A stretch of DNA of 64,000 bases, from positions 2,250 to 66,249 of the forward strand of contig CAUAFL010000007.1 in NCBI GenBank assembly GCA_958428295.1, in the 5' to 3' direction. The translations under genes were made by a program, and so were the position numbers. Of this stretch, positions 1-9,306 are shown in pieces. The notes under the pieces are model-generated. The model saw only the letters and a list, made by a program, of their open reading frames with translations. It ran no database searches and was not told the origin of the DNA. The first letter of the stretch is position 1, and each line of letters begins with the position of its first letter. This DNA is from an uncultured Bacillota bacterium. Its GTDB lineage: Bacteria > Bacillota_I > Bacilli_A > RF39 > UBA660.

Positions 1-807
1 ATTGAATTTATTTTTGGATGTTTTTTTGTTGCCTTAGCATTTAACCTGTTTTTTTCTCCCAATAATATAGTCGCTGGAGGTGTAAGCGGTTTTTCCCTAA
101 TTTTAAAACACTTTTTTGGTGTTTCTCCTTCCATTGTTATTTTCATTAGCAATATCTTACTTTTAACACTTTCCTATTTCGTTTTAGGAAAAGAAAAAAC
201 AAAGGGAAGTATTTTAGGATCCTTGTTATTTCCTGTTTTTGTAAATTTAACTCAGAATCTAGCAACCTACATAAGTTTTAATCAGAGCGAAATGTTATTG
301 GTAGCGATTTTTGGAGGACTTTTACAAGGAATGGGGGCAGGACTAATTTTTAAAGCTGGATTTTCAACTGGGGGAACAGATATACTAAATATGATCGTTT
401 CCAAAAAATTAAAAATTAGTATGGGAAATAGCATGCTTTGTACAGATGGTTTAATTGTTTTGTCCGGAACCTTTGTATTTGGTTTTAATAAGTTGATGTA
501 TGCATTAATCGTTTTATATCTAATTTCCATTACCACAGATAAAGTACTATTAGGTATTTCTGATTCCAAAGCCTTTTATATCATTACCAAAAAAGAGGAT
601 CAGGTCAAAGAGTTTATCATGGAAAAAATGCAGCATGGTGTGACAGTATTTGAAGCGAAAGGTGGCTTTGAATTAGAAAATCAGAACGTTCTTATGTGCG
701 TAATACCAACAAAAGATTATTATAAATTAAAAGATGGCATTTATAAAATAGATCAAGAATCATTTTTTGTAGTAACAGATGCCTATGAAGTGTTTGGTGG
801 TGAATAA
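1..807 (+). CDS. YitT-family integral membrane protein (DUF2179 C-terminal domain), 5'-truncated at window edge
   Basis: Frame 1 is open from nt 1 (IEFIFGCFFVALAFNLFFSPNNIVAGGVSGFSLIL...) and is continuous with the 223..807 ORF. It has a multi-TM N-terminal part and a C-terminal ...VTVFEAKGGF...VVTDAYEVFGG motif shared with the next gene. Confidence 0.8.
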   Translation: MEFIFGCFFVALAFNLFFSPNNIVAGGVSGFSLILKHFFGVSPSIVIFISNILLLTLSYFVLGKEKTKGSILGSLLFPVFVNLTQNLATYISFNQSEMLLVAIFGGLLQGMGAGLIFKAGFSTGGTDILNMIVSKKLKISMGNSMLCTDGLIVLSGTFVFGFNKLMYALIVLYLISITTDKVLLGISDSKAFYIITKKEDQVKEFIMEKMQHGVTVFEAKGGFELENQNVLMCVIPTKDYYKLKDGIYKIDQESFFVVTDAYEVFGGE

Positions 808-808
808 A

Positions 809-1645
809 ATGAAGAAAGATAACTTAATTTATCGTTATATTGTTTTAATCGTCAGTTTGTTTTTTTCAGCAATTATATTCAATATCTTTTTATATCCAAC
901 AGATTTAGTAACTGGAGGTACGAATGGGATCGCTATTATTATAACCCATCTGATAGAAGTATCCCCAGCCACAGTAATTTTAATTTGCTCTTTAGTTTTA
1001 TTGGGATTGAGTTACCTATTTTTAGGAAAAGATCAGACAGCGGCTTCTTTGCTCGCCACTCTTATTTACCCTTTCTTTGTATCTCTTACTAGTGGTTTAA
1101 CGAAATATCTAATGATTGATACTAGCGATTTAATCTTAATGGCAATTATTATTGGCATATTATTAGGAATAGTAAATGGCTTAATGTACAAAGTTGGTTT
1201 TAGTAACGGTGGTCTTAATATTATTAGTCAAATTCTGTATAAACATTTTCACATATCACTTAGTAAAAGTAGTATGTTTATTAATATGATAGTAGTCTTA
1301 ATTGGTGGTATTTATTTTGGATTTAACATGGTTCTTTATGCTTTAATCGTTATATATATTAGCACACTTATGATGGATAGGGTTTTATTAGGAGTCTCAA
1401 AAAATAAGGCTTTTTACATTATGACCACTGAAGAAAAAAAAGTTCGGCAATATATAATTGAAGAATTACATCATTCTGTCACCATTTTTAATGTTAAAGG
1501 TGGCTTTCTTGAGAAAAAACGACGAGTTCTATTAGCTGTTGTCCCAACAAGAGAATATTTTCAAGTAACCGAGGGAATTAAAGAGATAGATAAAAATTCT
1601 TTCTTTGTGGCAACGGATGCCTATGAAGTAAAAGGTGGTAAATAG
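809..1645 (+). CDS. YitT-family integral membrane protein (DUF2179), tandem paralog
   Basis: Same architecture as the upstream gene (GGTNGIAII..., C-terminal VTIFNVKGGF...VATDAYEVKGG). I prefer the ATG at 809 (MKKDNLIYRY) over the track start at 779, which overlaps the previous gene. Confidence 0.8.
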   Translation: MKKDNLIYRYIVLIVSLFFSAIIFNIFLYPTDLVTGGTNGIAIIITHLIEVSPATVILICSLVLLGLSYLFLGKDQTAASLLATLIYPFFVSLTSGLTKYLMIDTSDLILMAIIIGILLGIVNGLMYKVGFSNGGLNIISQILYKHFHISLSKSSMFINMIVVLIGGIYFGFNMVLYALIVIYISTLMMDRVLLGVSKNKAFYIMTTEEKKVRQYIIEELHHSVTIFNVKGGFLEKKRRVLLAVVPTREYFQVTEGIKEIDKNSFFVATDAYEVKGGK

Positions 1646-1807
1646 AGATTTTAATCTATTATAAAATTAACTCCTACTTTAATACCTCGAAAAGCCTAAA
1701 ACTGTTGCAATAACAACAGTTTTTTAATTGACAAATTTGGCAGGAATTAACTCTATCTAAAAATGTCGACATATGTTATACTGAATAATGAATAAGGTGA
1801 TGATAAG

Positions 1808-2497
1808 ATGGATTTAATTCGAATTAAGAATGTTAATAAACAATATAAAAATGGTGTAACAGCAATCTATGATTTATCACTATCCATAAAAAAAGGCTCT
1901 TTTGTATTTGTTATTGGAGGGTCAGGAAGTGGTAAAAGTACCTTAATAAAAATGTTATATCGTGAGGAAAAACCTAGTAGTGGTGAAATTGTTGTCGGTG
2001 GTTTAAATGTAGCTAAGCTTCGTAATAAAAAAGTTTATAAATTAAGAAGAAAATTAGGAATTGTTTTTCAAGATTACCGCCTTTTGCCAAAATTAACCGT
2101 ATATGAAAACGTAGCTTTTACTATGGAAGCTTTAGGCGCTAAAAAAGATGAAACCCGGAAAAAAGTATTAAAATCTTTAGAGTTAGTGGGTTTAAAACAT
2201 AAAATACATAATTATCCAGATCAATTATCAGGTGGTGAACAACAACGTGTCGCTATTGCAAGAGCTATTGTGAATGAACCTAAATTATTGCTTTGTGATG
2301 AACCAACTGGAAATTTAGATCCCGATATGAGTATGGAAATTGTAAAAGTACTAGAAGAGATTAATAAAACCTGTGGAACAACCATTATTATGGCTACGCA
2401 TGATAAGGAAATCGTTAACAAAATGAAAAAGGAAGTTATTATCTTGAAAGATGGTCGACTAATTAAACATGAAGAGAAGGGAGGCTATCAGGAATGA
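1808..2497 (+). CDS. ftsE: Cell-division ABC transporter ATP-binding protein FtsE
   Basis: Walker A GGSGSGKST, ABC signature LSGGEQQRVAIARA and Walker B LLLCDEPT are present. Its stop overlaps the ftsX start (ATGA). Confidence 0.93.
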   Translation: MDLIRIKNVNKQYKNGVTAIYDLSLSIKKGSFVFVIGGSGSGKSTLIKMLYREEKPSSGEIVVGGLNVAKLRNKKVYKLRRKLGIVFQDYRLLPKLTVYENVAFTMEALGAKKDETRKKVLKSLELVGLKHKIHNYPDQLSGGEQQRVAIARAIVNEPKLLLCDEPTGNLDPDMSMEIVKVLEEINKTCGTTIIMATHDKEIVNKMKKEVIILKDGRLIKHEEKGGYQE

Positions 2498-3393
2498 AGT
2501 TTTTTAGAATGTTAGGAAGAAGTATTCGTGATGCTTTTAAAAGTGTATTTCGTAATTTTAGTCTTTCTTTAGCGTCTATTTCCTGTATTACAATTACACT
2601 TTTGATAGTAGCAGCCTCTATTTTAATTACTTTCAATGTTGAAAATTTTACTAAAAAAATGGAAGAGGATTTAACTATCGTAGTCTTTTTAAATAATACC
2701 ACTACGGAAGAACAATCCAAGGCCGTCATGGAAAAATTAGAAAAAATGGATAATGTTGATAGTCTAACCTTCCAAAGTAAAGCTGCTGTCAAAGAAGAAA
2801 TGCGCAAAGAAAGTGATGTATTTAATGAAGTAATGAGTACTTGGAGTGATGACGATAATCCATTAAAGGATACTTTTCAAGTGAAAGTAAAAGAAGTAGA
2901 AAAAATTAGTGATACCGCTAAAAAAATAGAAAAACTAGATCAAGTAAGCGTGGTTCGCTATGGAGAAGGAATGGTTGATAAACTAATTGTTGCTTTTAAA
3001 TCTGCCGAAAAAGTGTCTTATGGTATGGTGATCGCTTTAGTTTTAGTTACTGTCTTTCTAATCATTAACACCATTAAACTAACTATTTTCTCTCGAAAAA
3101 GAGAAATATCTATTATGCGTTTAGTGGGTGCTAGTAATTTTATAATTAAAACACCATTTATTGTAGAAGGTATGATTTTAGGTTTGCTCGGATCAATTAT
3201 TCCAATTTTGGGAATCTGTTTTGGCTATGTTGCACTTTATAATCATTTTGATGGATACTTATTCAGCCAAATTATTCAGTTGGTAAAACCCGAGCCGTTT
3301 ATATATATAATTTCAATGATCGTTGCTATAATTGGTATGTTAGTTGGTATGATAGGTTCTGCTTCTGCTGTTAGAAAGTATTTAAAGGTGTAA
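2494..3393 (+). CDS. ftsX: Cell-division permease-like protein FtsX
   Basis: One N-terminal TM helix, a large extracellular domain, then three C-terminal TM helices (FtsX fold). It is coupled to ftsE. Confidence 0.9.
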   Translation: MKFFRMLGRSIRDAFKSVFRNFSLSLASISCITITLLIVAASILITFNVENFTKKMEEDLTIVVFLNNTTTEEQSKAVMEKLEKMDNVDSLTFQSKAAVKEEMRKESDVFNEVMSTWSDDDNPLKDTFQVKVKEVEKISDTAKKIEKLDQVSVVRYGEGMVDKLIVAFKSAEKVSYGMVIALVLVTVFLIINTIKLTIFSRKREISIMRLVGASNFIIKTPFIVEGMILGLLGSIIPILGICFGYVALYNHFDGYLFSQIIQLVKPEPFIYIISMIVAIIGMLVGMIGSASAVRKYLKV

Positions 3394-3394
3394 T

Positions 3395-4573
3395 ATGAAG
3401 AAAATAACGATAATAGGGAGCCTTTTACTCTTCACTTCAATTCTTCTAATGCCACTAGGAGTACAAGCAAAAACTATTAAAGATTTTGAAGCGGAAGTTG
3501 ATAAATTTACAAAAGATCTTCAAGAAAAACAAAATAAAATTGCAAAGAATGATCAAGAAGTAGCCAAAATCAAAGAAAATATTGCTAAGATAGAAAGGCA
3601 AATGCAAGAAATTGAACAACAAACAGTTCAATTACAAAAAGAAATAGATGAATCTAACGAGGAAATCGCTAAAAAAAGTAAAGAAAGCAAGGAATTATTT
3701 CAGTATCTTCAAATTAGCGAAGGTGAAAATTCCTATTTAGAATATGTATTTGGTGCTACTAGTATAACTGATATGGTATATCGCATGTCTATTGTAGAAC
3801 AACTAACGGAATACAATGAAAAAGTAATGAATGAATTAAAAGAATTAATTCAGAAAAATAAAGTCAAAAAAGAAGAGTTAGCGACGAAACAGGCAGAACT
3901 AAAAACCTTGAATAGAGAACTAGAAAGCGAAAAAGAACGAATTAATGCTGATACTAAATCAATTCGTGATGCGATGCCAAGTGTGCAACAGCAATTAAAA
4001 TCAGCAAAAGATAATTTAGCCTATTATAAAAAATTAGGTTGTGGTGTCAATGAGGATATTTATACCTGTCAATATCGAGTGGAACAAAACTCTGGTGGCA
4101 GTTCACTTCCCTCAGTAGATGGTTTTTTCCGACCAATGATAAATGGTTATGTAACCCAGAATTACAGTGGCTATGGTGGACACCTGGGAATGGACTTATC
4201 TAATACTAATAAAACAATTGAGATTTATCCAATTGCTGAAGGAATGATCTTTGCTAAATACCTTGATCCTTATGGAGCACTTTGTGTCAAAATAAGACAT
4301 AACGTTGGGGGCCGTTATATTTACTCAACGTATGCGCATTTAAGTTCTTGGGGCAATATAAGTGTGGGCCAATATGTTACTAGTAATACCTTGATAGGTA
4401 GAATGGGTGATAGCGGCTATTCCTTTGGTTCACATTTACACCTGGAACTAACAACCTGTGATTGGCATGAGGGGGGAGGCTGTACTTGGGCTACTTATCA
4501 AAAGAGTACAATTAATCCTCGCCAATATGTAAGCTTTCCAACGACTCTTAGAGCTTGGTGGTATAATAAATAA
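3395..4573 (+). CDS. Secreted coiled-coil M23 (LytM-type) metallopeptidase, probable FtsEX-partner hydrolase
   Basis: Signal peptide, then about 200 aa of heptad-rich coiled coil, then an M23 domain with intact HxxxD (HLGMD) and HxH (SHLHLE) motifs. The gene starts 2 nt after ftsX. Confidence 0.85.
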   Translation: MKKITIIGSLLLFTSILLMPLGVQAKTIKDFEAEVDKFTKDLQEKQNKIAKNDQEVAKIKENIAKIERQMQEIEQQTVQLQKEIDESNEEIAKKSKESKELFQYLQISEGENSYLEYVFGATSITDMVYRMSIVEQLTEYNEKVMNELKELIQKNKVKKEELATKQAELKTLNRELESEKERINADTKSIRDAMPSVQQQLKSAKDNLAYYKKLGCGVNEDIYTCQYRVEQNSGGSSLPSVDGFFRPMINGYVTQNYSGYGGHLGMDLSNTNKTIEIYPIAEGMIFAKYLDPYGALCVKIRHNVGGRYIYSTYAHLSSWGNISVGQYVTSNTLIGRMGDSGYSFGSHLHLELTTCDWHEGGGCTWATYQKSTINPRQYVSFPTTLRAWWYNK

Positions 4574-4578
4574 TTAAC

Positions 4579-4606
4579 AAGGTATCTTTTGATATCCTTT
4601 TGTTTG
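4579..4606 (+). terminator. Intrinsic terminator after the M23 peptidase gene
   Basis: AAGGTATC-tttt-GATATCCTT hairpin (one bulge) followed by a T-rich run. Confidence 0.6.
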
Positions 4607-4692
4607 CATCATTGGTATTTATAAAACATTAGGCTTTCTTGGTAACTAACGTAATTTACTATTACATAAACTACCAAGAAAGGAGGAAAAAA

Positions 4693-5079
4693 ATGAATGA
4701 ATTAACTAACTTTATTGGTGCTAGTGGTACCTATAACAATGTACCTTTGACCTTGAGTTCTGCGCCAGTAACAACAACGATGGTAACCGGCCTAACCCTT
4801 ACAATAGAAGCTGACAAAAAAGCCTGGGCAGATGGTCACCTAACTTATACTGCTACCATTGATAATCAAACTTCTCTTCCCTATGTCAGTCCTACGTTAA
4901 CAGATACTCTAAATCCAACGCTCGTTTCACTTGTTGATAATAGTGTGATGATTAATGGGACACAAGCTACAAGCGAACAGTACAATTATGATAAAACTTC
5001 AGGTATTCTATCAGTAACATTGTCAGATGTCACCGCTACATCATCTGCCACAGTAACATTTCAAGTTCAAAAAGTGTAG
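4693..5079 (+). CDS. Small DUF11-like (conserved repeat domain) protein, possibly truncated by a frameshift
   Basis: An AGGAGG RBS lies 6 nt before the ATG at 4693 (MNELTNF...). The protein is Thr/Ser-rich and looks beta-rich (TLTIEADKKAWADGHLTYTATIDN...ATVTFQVQKV), resembling DUF11/coat-type repeat domains. See the finding on the +1-frame Cys-rich continuation. Confidence 0.6.
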   Translation: MNELTNFIGASGTYNNVPLTLSSAPVTTTMVTGLTLTIEADKKAWADGHLTYTATIDNQTSLPYVSPTLTDTLNPTLVSLVDNSVMINGTQATSEQYNYDKTSGILSVTLSDVTATSSATVTFQVQKV

Positions 5080-5238
5080 AGAATGTAATTTTATTTTAAA
5101 TAATCAGTGCCAACTTTTTTGCTGTCAACAGATATATCACAGTAATGAAGTAACAACAGACGTTCGTGCCAAATTATACAAACTTGCTTGTAGTTGTGAA
5201 TGTCCCTATTGGCGCGAAGATATATTTTAAATATTCCA

Positions 5239-5268
5239 CCACAAATAATGAAAATTATTTGTGGTTTT
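5239..5268 (+). terminator. Strong intrinsic terminator about 160 nt downstream of the DUF11-like stop codon
   Basis: CCACAAATAAT-gaaa-ATTATTTGTGG (11-bp perfect stem) followed by TTTT. No T-run on the opposite strand. Confidence 0.8.
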
Positions 5269-5280
5269 AATGATTTTCAA

Positions 5281-6183
5281 TTAGGAAAAGAAACTAAGTT
5301 GTGTTTCTTTTCCTAAAGTTTGGGGTACATATCGATGATAATCCCGTGAAACTTGGTATTCATTCGCTAATTCCGTTAAAACCTGACTGAGCATTTTTTT
5401 ATACCGGTTTTTCTGTTCTTTATCATGATAAAGCGTCCATAATTTTGTATAATAAGCAGGATAAACATTTTTTATAAACTCAAAAAAGTGTTGACGAGTG
5501 GGACCTCTTAAATTTAACATTCCCGTAATCATATAATCTACTTGACATTCTCTAGCCGTCTTGAAAATATTTGTTAAATTACTCTTAGTAGCAGTCAGAT
5601 ATGGGATAATAGGCATCAAGTGCCAACCTACACTAATCCCTTCGGCTTTTAAGCGCCTGATAACATCAATTCGTTCTGAAATAGGAGAAGCATGTGGTTC
5701 CAATTGATTCGCTAATTCTTGATCGAGTGTAGTAATAGTACAAGCTACTTGCAATCCTGCAACCTCTGATAATTGTTTCAATAAAGAAATGTCCCGCAAA
5801 ATTAAAGAAGATTTTGTACTAATAATAGCAGGGGTCTTATAACGAATCAATAATTTTAAAATTTCTGGCATGATTTGATAAATCTTTTCTGCTGGTTGAT
5901 AGCTATCGGTTACGCCTCCCAAATTAATAACTTCCCGTTTCCAAGTCCGACTTTGTAATTTTTTTTCTAAAACAGCCACAATATTTTGTTTCACAAAAAT
6001 ATGATGAAAAAAGTCTTCATCATCTAAATAACGATGAGAATATTGAGCATAACAATAAGCACATTGATGTTCACACCCCCGATAAATATTTAAATCCCAG
6101 TGATAGGGAAGAAAACTGTCAATATGGTTCAAAGCACTTTTACAAATAATTGGTTGATACTTAAAATTTTCTTGCACTTTCAT
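5281..6183 (-). CDS. Radical SAM protein, SPL/'DNA repair photolyase' (COG1533-like) family
   Basis: CxxxCxxC cluster motif CEHQCAYCYA near the N-terminus, and length and pattern typical of SplB-like radical SAM proteins. I place the start at 6183 (GAGG RBS, MKVQENF) because a promoter and LexA box occupy 6194..6222. Confidence 0.75.
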   Translation of the reverse strand: MKVQENFKYQPIICKSALNHIDSFLPYHWDLNIYRGCEHQCAYCYAQYSHRYLDDEDFFHHIFVKQNIVAVLEKKLQSRTWKREVINLGGVTDSYQPAEKIYQIMPEILKLLIRYKTPAIISTKSSLILRDISLLKQLSEVAGLQVACTITTLDQELANQLEPHASPISERIDVIRRLKAEGISVGWHLMPIIPYLTATKSNLTNIFKTARECQVDYMITGMLNLRGPTRQHFFEFIKNVYPAYYTKLWTLYHDKEQKNRYKKMLSQVLTELANEYQVSRDYHRYVPQTLGKETQLSFFS

Positions 6184-6193
6184 CACCAACCTC

Positions 6194-6222
6194 ACTATAT
6201 AACGAATTTTTGTTCGTGTCAA
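6194..6222 (-). promoter_or_regulatory. Sigma-A promoter with a LexA (Cheo) box in the spacer
   Basis: Minus strand reads TTGACA-CGAACAAAAATTCGTTA-TATAGT. The -35 is a consensus match with a 17-nt spacer. The spacer contains CGAACAAAAATTCG (6203..6216), 13/14 identical to CGAAC-N4-GTTCG. Confidence 0.7.
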
Positions 6223-6499
6223 TAAAAATAATTATCATAATATAATAAAATTTTGACTTTTTGTATGTAATTTCATATGATTAATACTATCCCGTTAAAT
6301 GGCACTAACAATCTCGCTAATAGATAGTTCATCTTTACTAAGAGCAGTAGTAAATTATTCCACCGTAAATATTTTACCTTGGTACTATTTAAACACATCA
6401 TATTTTTAAAATCTTATCCAAAAAGTGTGACCCTTGCTATGATCTGTCTCAACTGAAACCAATTTTTCTATCCTAAACCAGTCATATTTCTTTCACCGG

Positions 6500-6528
6500 T
6501 TCACATCTTAAAGTATACATGCTATAAT
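6500..6528 (+). promoter_or_regulatory. Candidate promoter for uvrB (extended -10)
   Basis: TTCACA, 17 nt, then TGcTATAAT. This leaves a leader of about 150 nt before uvrB. Confidence 0.5.
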
Positions 6529-6686
6529 AATGAATACCAAGAACCCCAGTAGTAGATAGCACTGTTTAGATAAAAAATATGAAGGCAAGCAAAATTGATG
6601 GAAAACTAAAATTCATTTTTTCCTTCTAAAATAAAGTAGCTTGTCAAGGCAAATTGGAATTATCTAAAAAATGGAGATGAGATAAA

Positions 6687-8633
6687 ATGTTTGAATTAGT
6701 ATCAAAATATAAACCAAGTGGTGACCAGCCCAAAGCGATTGAGGAACTAGTAAAGGGAATCAAAGATGGTAAAAAACATCAGGTTTTACTAGGTGCAACA
6801 GGAACAGGGAAGACTTTTACGATTGCTAATGTTATAAAAGAAATCAATAAGCCAACTTTAATTTTGGCGCATAATAAGACATTAGCAGGTCAATTGTATT
6901 CAGAGTTCAAAGAGTTGTTTCCCAATGCGCACGTATGTTATTTTGTGTCGTATTATGATTATTATCAACCAGAAGCATATGTTCCTAGTACTGATACGTA
7001 TATTGAAAAGGATTCTTCTATTAATGATGAGATCGATGAACTGCGTCATGCGGCAACGTCGGCTTTACTTTCCTTTAGAGATACAATTGTTGTTGCCAGT
7101 GTATCCTGTATTTATGGTATTGGAGAAGTAGAAGAATATAAAAATAAAATGATAACATTATCTGTTGGTCAAGGAGTAGAAAGAAATCAAATTTTAGCAA
7201 AATTAGTAGACATGCAATATCAAAGAAATGACTTCGATTTTCATCGTGGTACTTTTCGCGTTCGTGGTGACGTTTTAGAAGTTATTCCTGTCAATCAAAA
7301 TACTACGGGTTATCGTATTGAATTTTTTGGAAGTGAAATAGACCGAATTAGTGAAATAGATACTTTAACGGGAGCCATTTTAAATAATAAAAAGAATATT
7401 AGTATTTATCCAGCTAGTCACTTTGTGATCGGGGATAAAAAATTACAACGAGCTATTTCTACAATTAAGCAAGAATTAAAAGAGCGTCTTCAATATTTGC
7501 GAGATAATAATAAACTATTAGCGGCCGAGCGACTAGAACAGCGTACTAACTATGATTTAGAAATGTTACAAGAGACGGGCTTTTGTCATGGTATTGAGAA
7601 TTATTCTCGTCATATGGCTGGCCGTTTTGAAGGAGAAACACCAACTACTTTAATGGATTTCTTTGGGGATGATTATTTATTAGTCGTTGATGAATCTCAT
7701 GTCACCTTACCTCAAGTGCGTGGGATGTATAATGGCGATCGTGCGCGGAAACAAAATCTAGTTGACTATGGTTTTCGTCTTCCGAGTGCTCTTGATAACC
7801 GACCTTTAAAGTTTGAAGAATTTGAACAAAAAATTCATCAGGCAATCTATGTATCTGCTACCCCGGGAGATTATGAATTAACGAAAACAAATCAGCACTT
7901 TATTGAACAAATTATCCGCCCTACGGGTTTATTAGACCCAACCATTGAAATTCGAAAAACAGAAAATCAAATAGATGACTTATTAGAAGAAATTAGAAAG
8001 CGAATTGAAAAAGGAGAGCGTACTTTAATTACGACACTAACCATTCGTATGGCTGAAGAATTAACCAATTATTTAAAAGAAGTAGAAATAAAAGTCACTT
8101 ATCTTCATACTGAAGTAAAAACTTTAGAACGACTACAAATTATTCATGATTTACGTGCTGGGATTTATGATGTAGTCGTAGGAATTAACTTATTACGCGA
8201 AGGTATTGATATCCCAGAAGTTTCTTTAATAGCTATATTAGATGCCGATAAAGAAGGATTTCTAAGAAGTGAACGCAGTTTAATTCAAACAATTGGCCGT
8301 TGTGCTAGGAATGCTCAAGGACACGTTATTATGTATGGTGATAAAATTACGGATAGTATGCAGAAAGCGATCGATGAAACTCTTCGTCGACGACATATTC
8401 AAGAAGAATATAATAGAATACATGGCATTACACCACAAACAATTCAAAAGGAAATTCATGATGTGATTAGTAACATTGATACTGAAAAAACAAAAAAGAA
8501 AAAGCAAACAAAACAAGAAAGAATGAATGAAATAGAAAGAATTGAAACTGAAATGAAAGAAGCTGCAAAAAATCTTGATTTTGAACGAGCTATGGAATTA
8601 AGGGATATACTCTTTGAAATGAAGAGCGCTTAG
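6687..8633 (+). CDS. uvrB: Excinuclease ABC subunit B
   Basis: [18 protein letters not shown]..., Walker [13 protein letters not shown] box, helicase motifs, and the C-terminal UVR motif ([15 protein letters not shown]). Confidence 0.97.
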   Translation: MFELVSKYKPSGDQPKAIEELVKGIKDGKKHQVLLGATGTGKTFTIANVIKEINKPTLILAHNKTLAGQLYSEFKELFPNAHVCYFVSYYDYYQPEAYVPSTDTYIEKDSSINDEIDELRHAATSALLSFRDTIVVASVSCIYGIGEVEEYKNKMITLSVGQGVERNQILAKLVDMQYQRNDFDFHRGTFRVRGDVLEVIPVNQNTTGYRIEFFGSEIDRISEIDTLTGAILNNKKNISIYPASHFVIGDKKLQRAISTIKQELKERLQYLRDNNKLLAAERLEQRTNYDLEMLQETGFCHGIENYSRHMAGRFEGETPTTLMDFFGDDYLLVVDESHVTLPQVRGMYNGDRARKQNLVDYGFRLPSALDNRPLKFEEFEQKIHQAIYVSATPGDYELTKTNQHFIEQIIRPTGLLDPTIEIRKTENQIDDLLEEIRKRIEKGERTLITTLTIRMAEELTNYLKEVEIKVTYLHTEVKTLERLQIIHDLRAGIYDVVVGINLLREGIDIPEVSLIAILDADKEGFLRSERSLIQTIGRCARNAQGHVIMYGDKITDSMQKAIDETLRRRHIQEEYNRIHGITPQTIQKEIHDVISNIDTEKTKKKKQTKQERMNEIERIETEMKEAAKNLDFERAMELRDILFEMKSA

Positions 8634-8645
8634 AGGTGATATACA

Positions 8646-9155
8646 ATGGCCAAAGAACTCAATATAAATCATTTGCGACAAAAAGCAATAGAAAGTAGTG
8701 AAACAGGTTTTATGGTTGCTGCTTCTTTAATTAATGATTGCTATCATTGTAGTGACCAGGAAGTTAGGGCTGTTGATACTTTTTTTCAAGCAACGCATGA
8801 AAATACTATGGCTAGTATCTATCAATCCTATATCGAGAGAATGAATAGGGAACGAAAAAATTCCAGTAAATCCAAATTCTGTATTATTACGCCGGTTTAT
8901 GCCAGCAAAAATGACAATGTTAATATTAGAAATTATTTAAGTTATTTGTATTTACAAAAATTTGTGGCTTTGTCTATGGAAGAGATAGGATTTTGTTGTC
9001 TTGAACTTGCAAAATTATGGTTTTCTTCTATTCCTGATGATATTATTTTTGAGAAAGTAGAACATGATTTTTATAATAATGATTGTTATGCCTTAAAAAG
9101 TTACTTTGATTTAGAACACAAGCAGGCGAACAAGCAAAAAATAAAAATACGCTAA
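8646..9155 (+). CDS. Hypothetical protein (169 aa), tightly following uvrB
   Basis: Long ORF starting 13 nt after the uvrB stop. I recognise no motif. It occupies the position where uvrA sits in many Firmicutes. Confidence 0.5.
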   Translation: MAKELNINHLRQKAIESSETGFMVAASLINDCYHCSDQEVRAVDTFFQATHENTMASIYQSYIERMNRERKNSSKSKFCIITPVYASKNDNVNIRNYLSYLYLQKFVALSMEEIGFCCLELAKLWFSSIPDDIIFEKVEHDFYNNDCYALKSYFDLEHKQANKQKIKIR

Positions 9156-9223
9156 TCAGGGTACCTAGAAGTATTTTCTACAAATTAAAAAATCACTCTA
9201 TATACAAAAATTAGCCAAAAGAA

Positions 9224-9252
9224 TTGACATGCAAATAATAATGTGCTATTGT
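9224..9252 (+). promoter_or_regulatory. Candidate promoter for secE-nusG
   Basis: TTGACA, 17 nt, then TATTGT. Confidence 0.5.
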
Positions 9253-9306
9253 ACAAATAAGCACTGATAGGTGTTTTTCTTTTGAAAAGTAAAAGGAAGC
9301 GAGAAA

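Noticed and set aside
4665-4673. SigK-like -10 element CATAAACTA upstream of the DUF11-like gene, which would suggest a mother-cell spore coat gene.
   Set aside because: It lies only about 8 nt before the RBS, leaving almost no leader, and I cannot define a convincing -35. It is kept only as a weak hint.
5057-6222. Idea that the Cys-rich frame plus the adjacent radical SAM gene form a RiPP (sactipeptide/ranthipeptide-type) cluster.
   Set aside because: The genes are convergent and separated by a + strand terminator. The Cys-rich frame has no start codon. The radical SAM protein looks SPL/COG1533-like and sits behind a LexA-box promoter, which points to DNA repair.
6223-6499. About 280 bp of ORF-free DNA between the radical SAM promoter and the uvrB promoter, considered as a possible RNA gene.
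   Set aside because: I found no promoter/terminator pair, no strong secondary-structure signature and no motif of a known RNA family. It is probably divergent-promoter spacer or decayed sequence.
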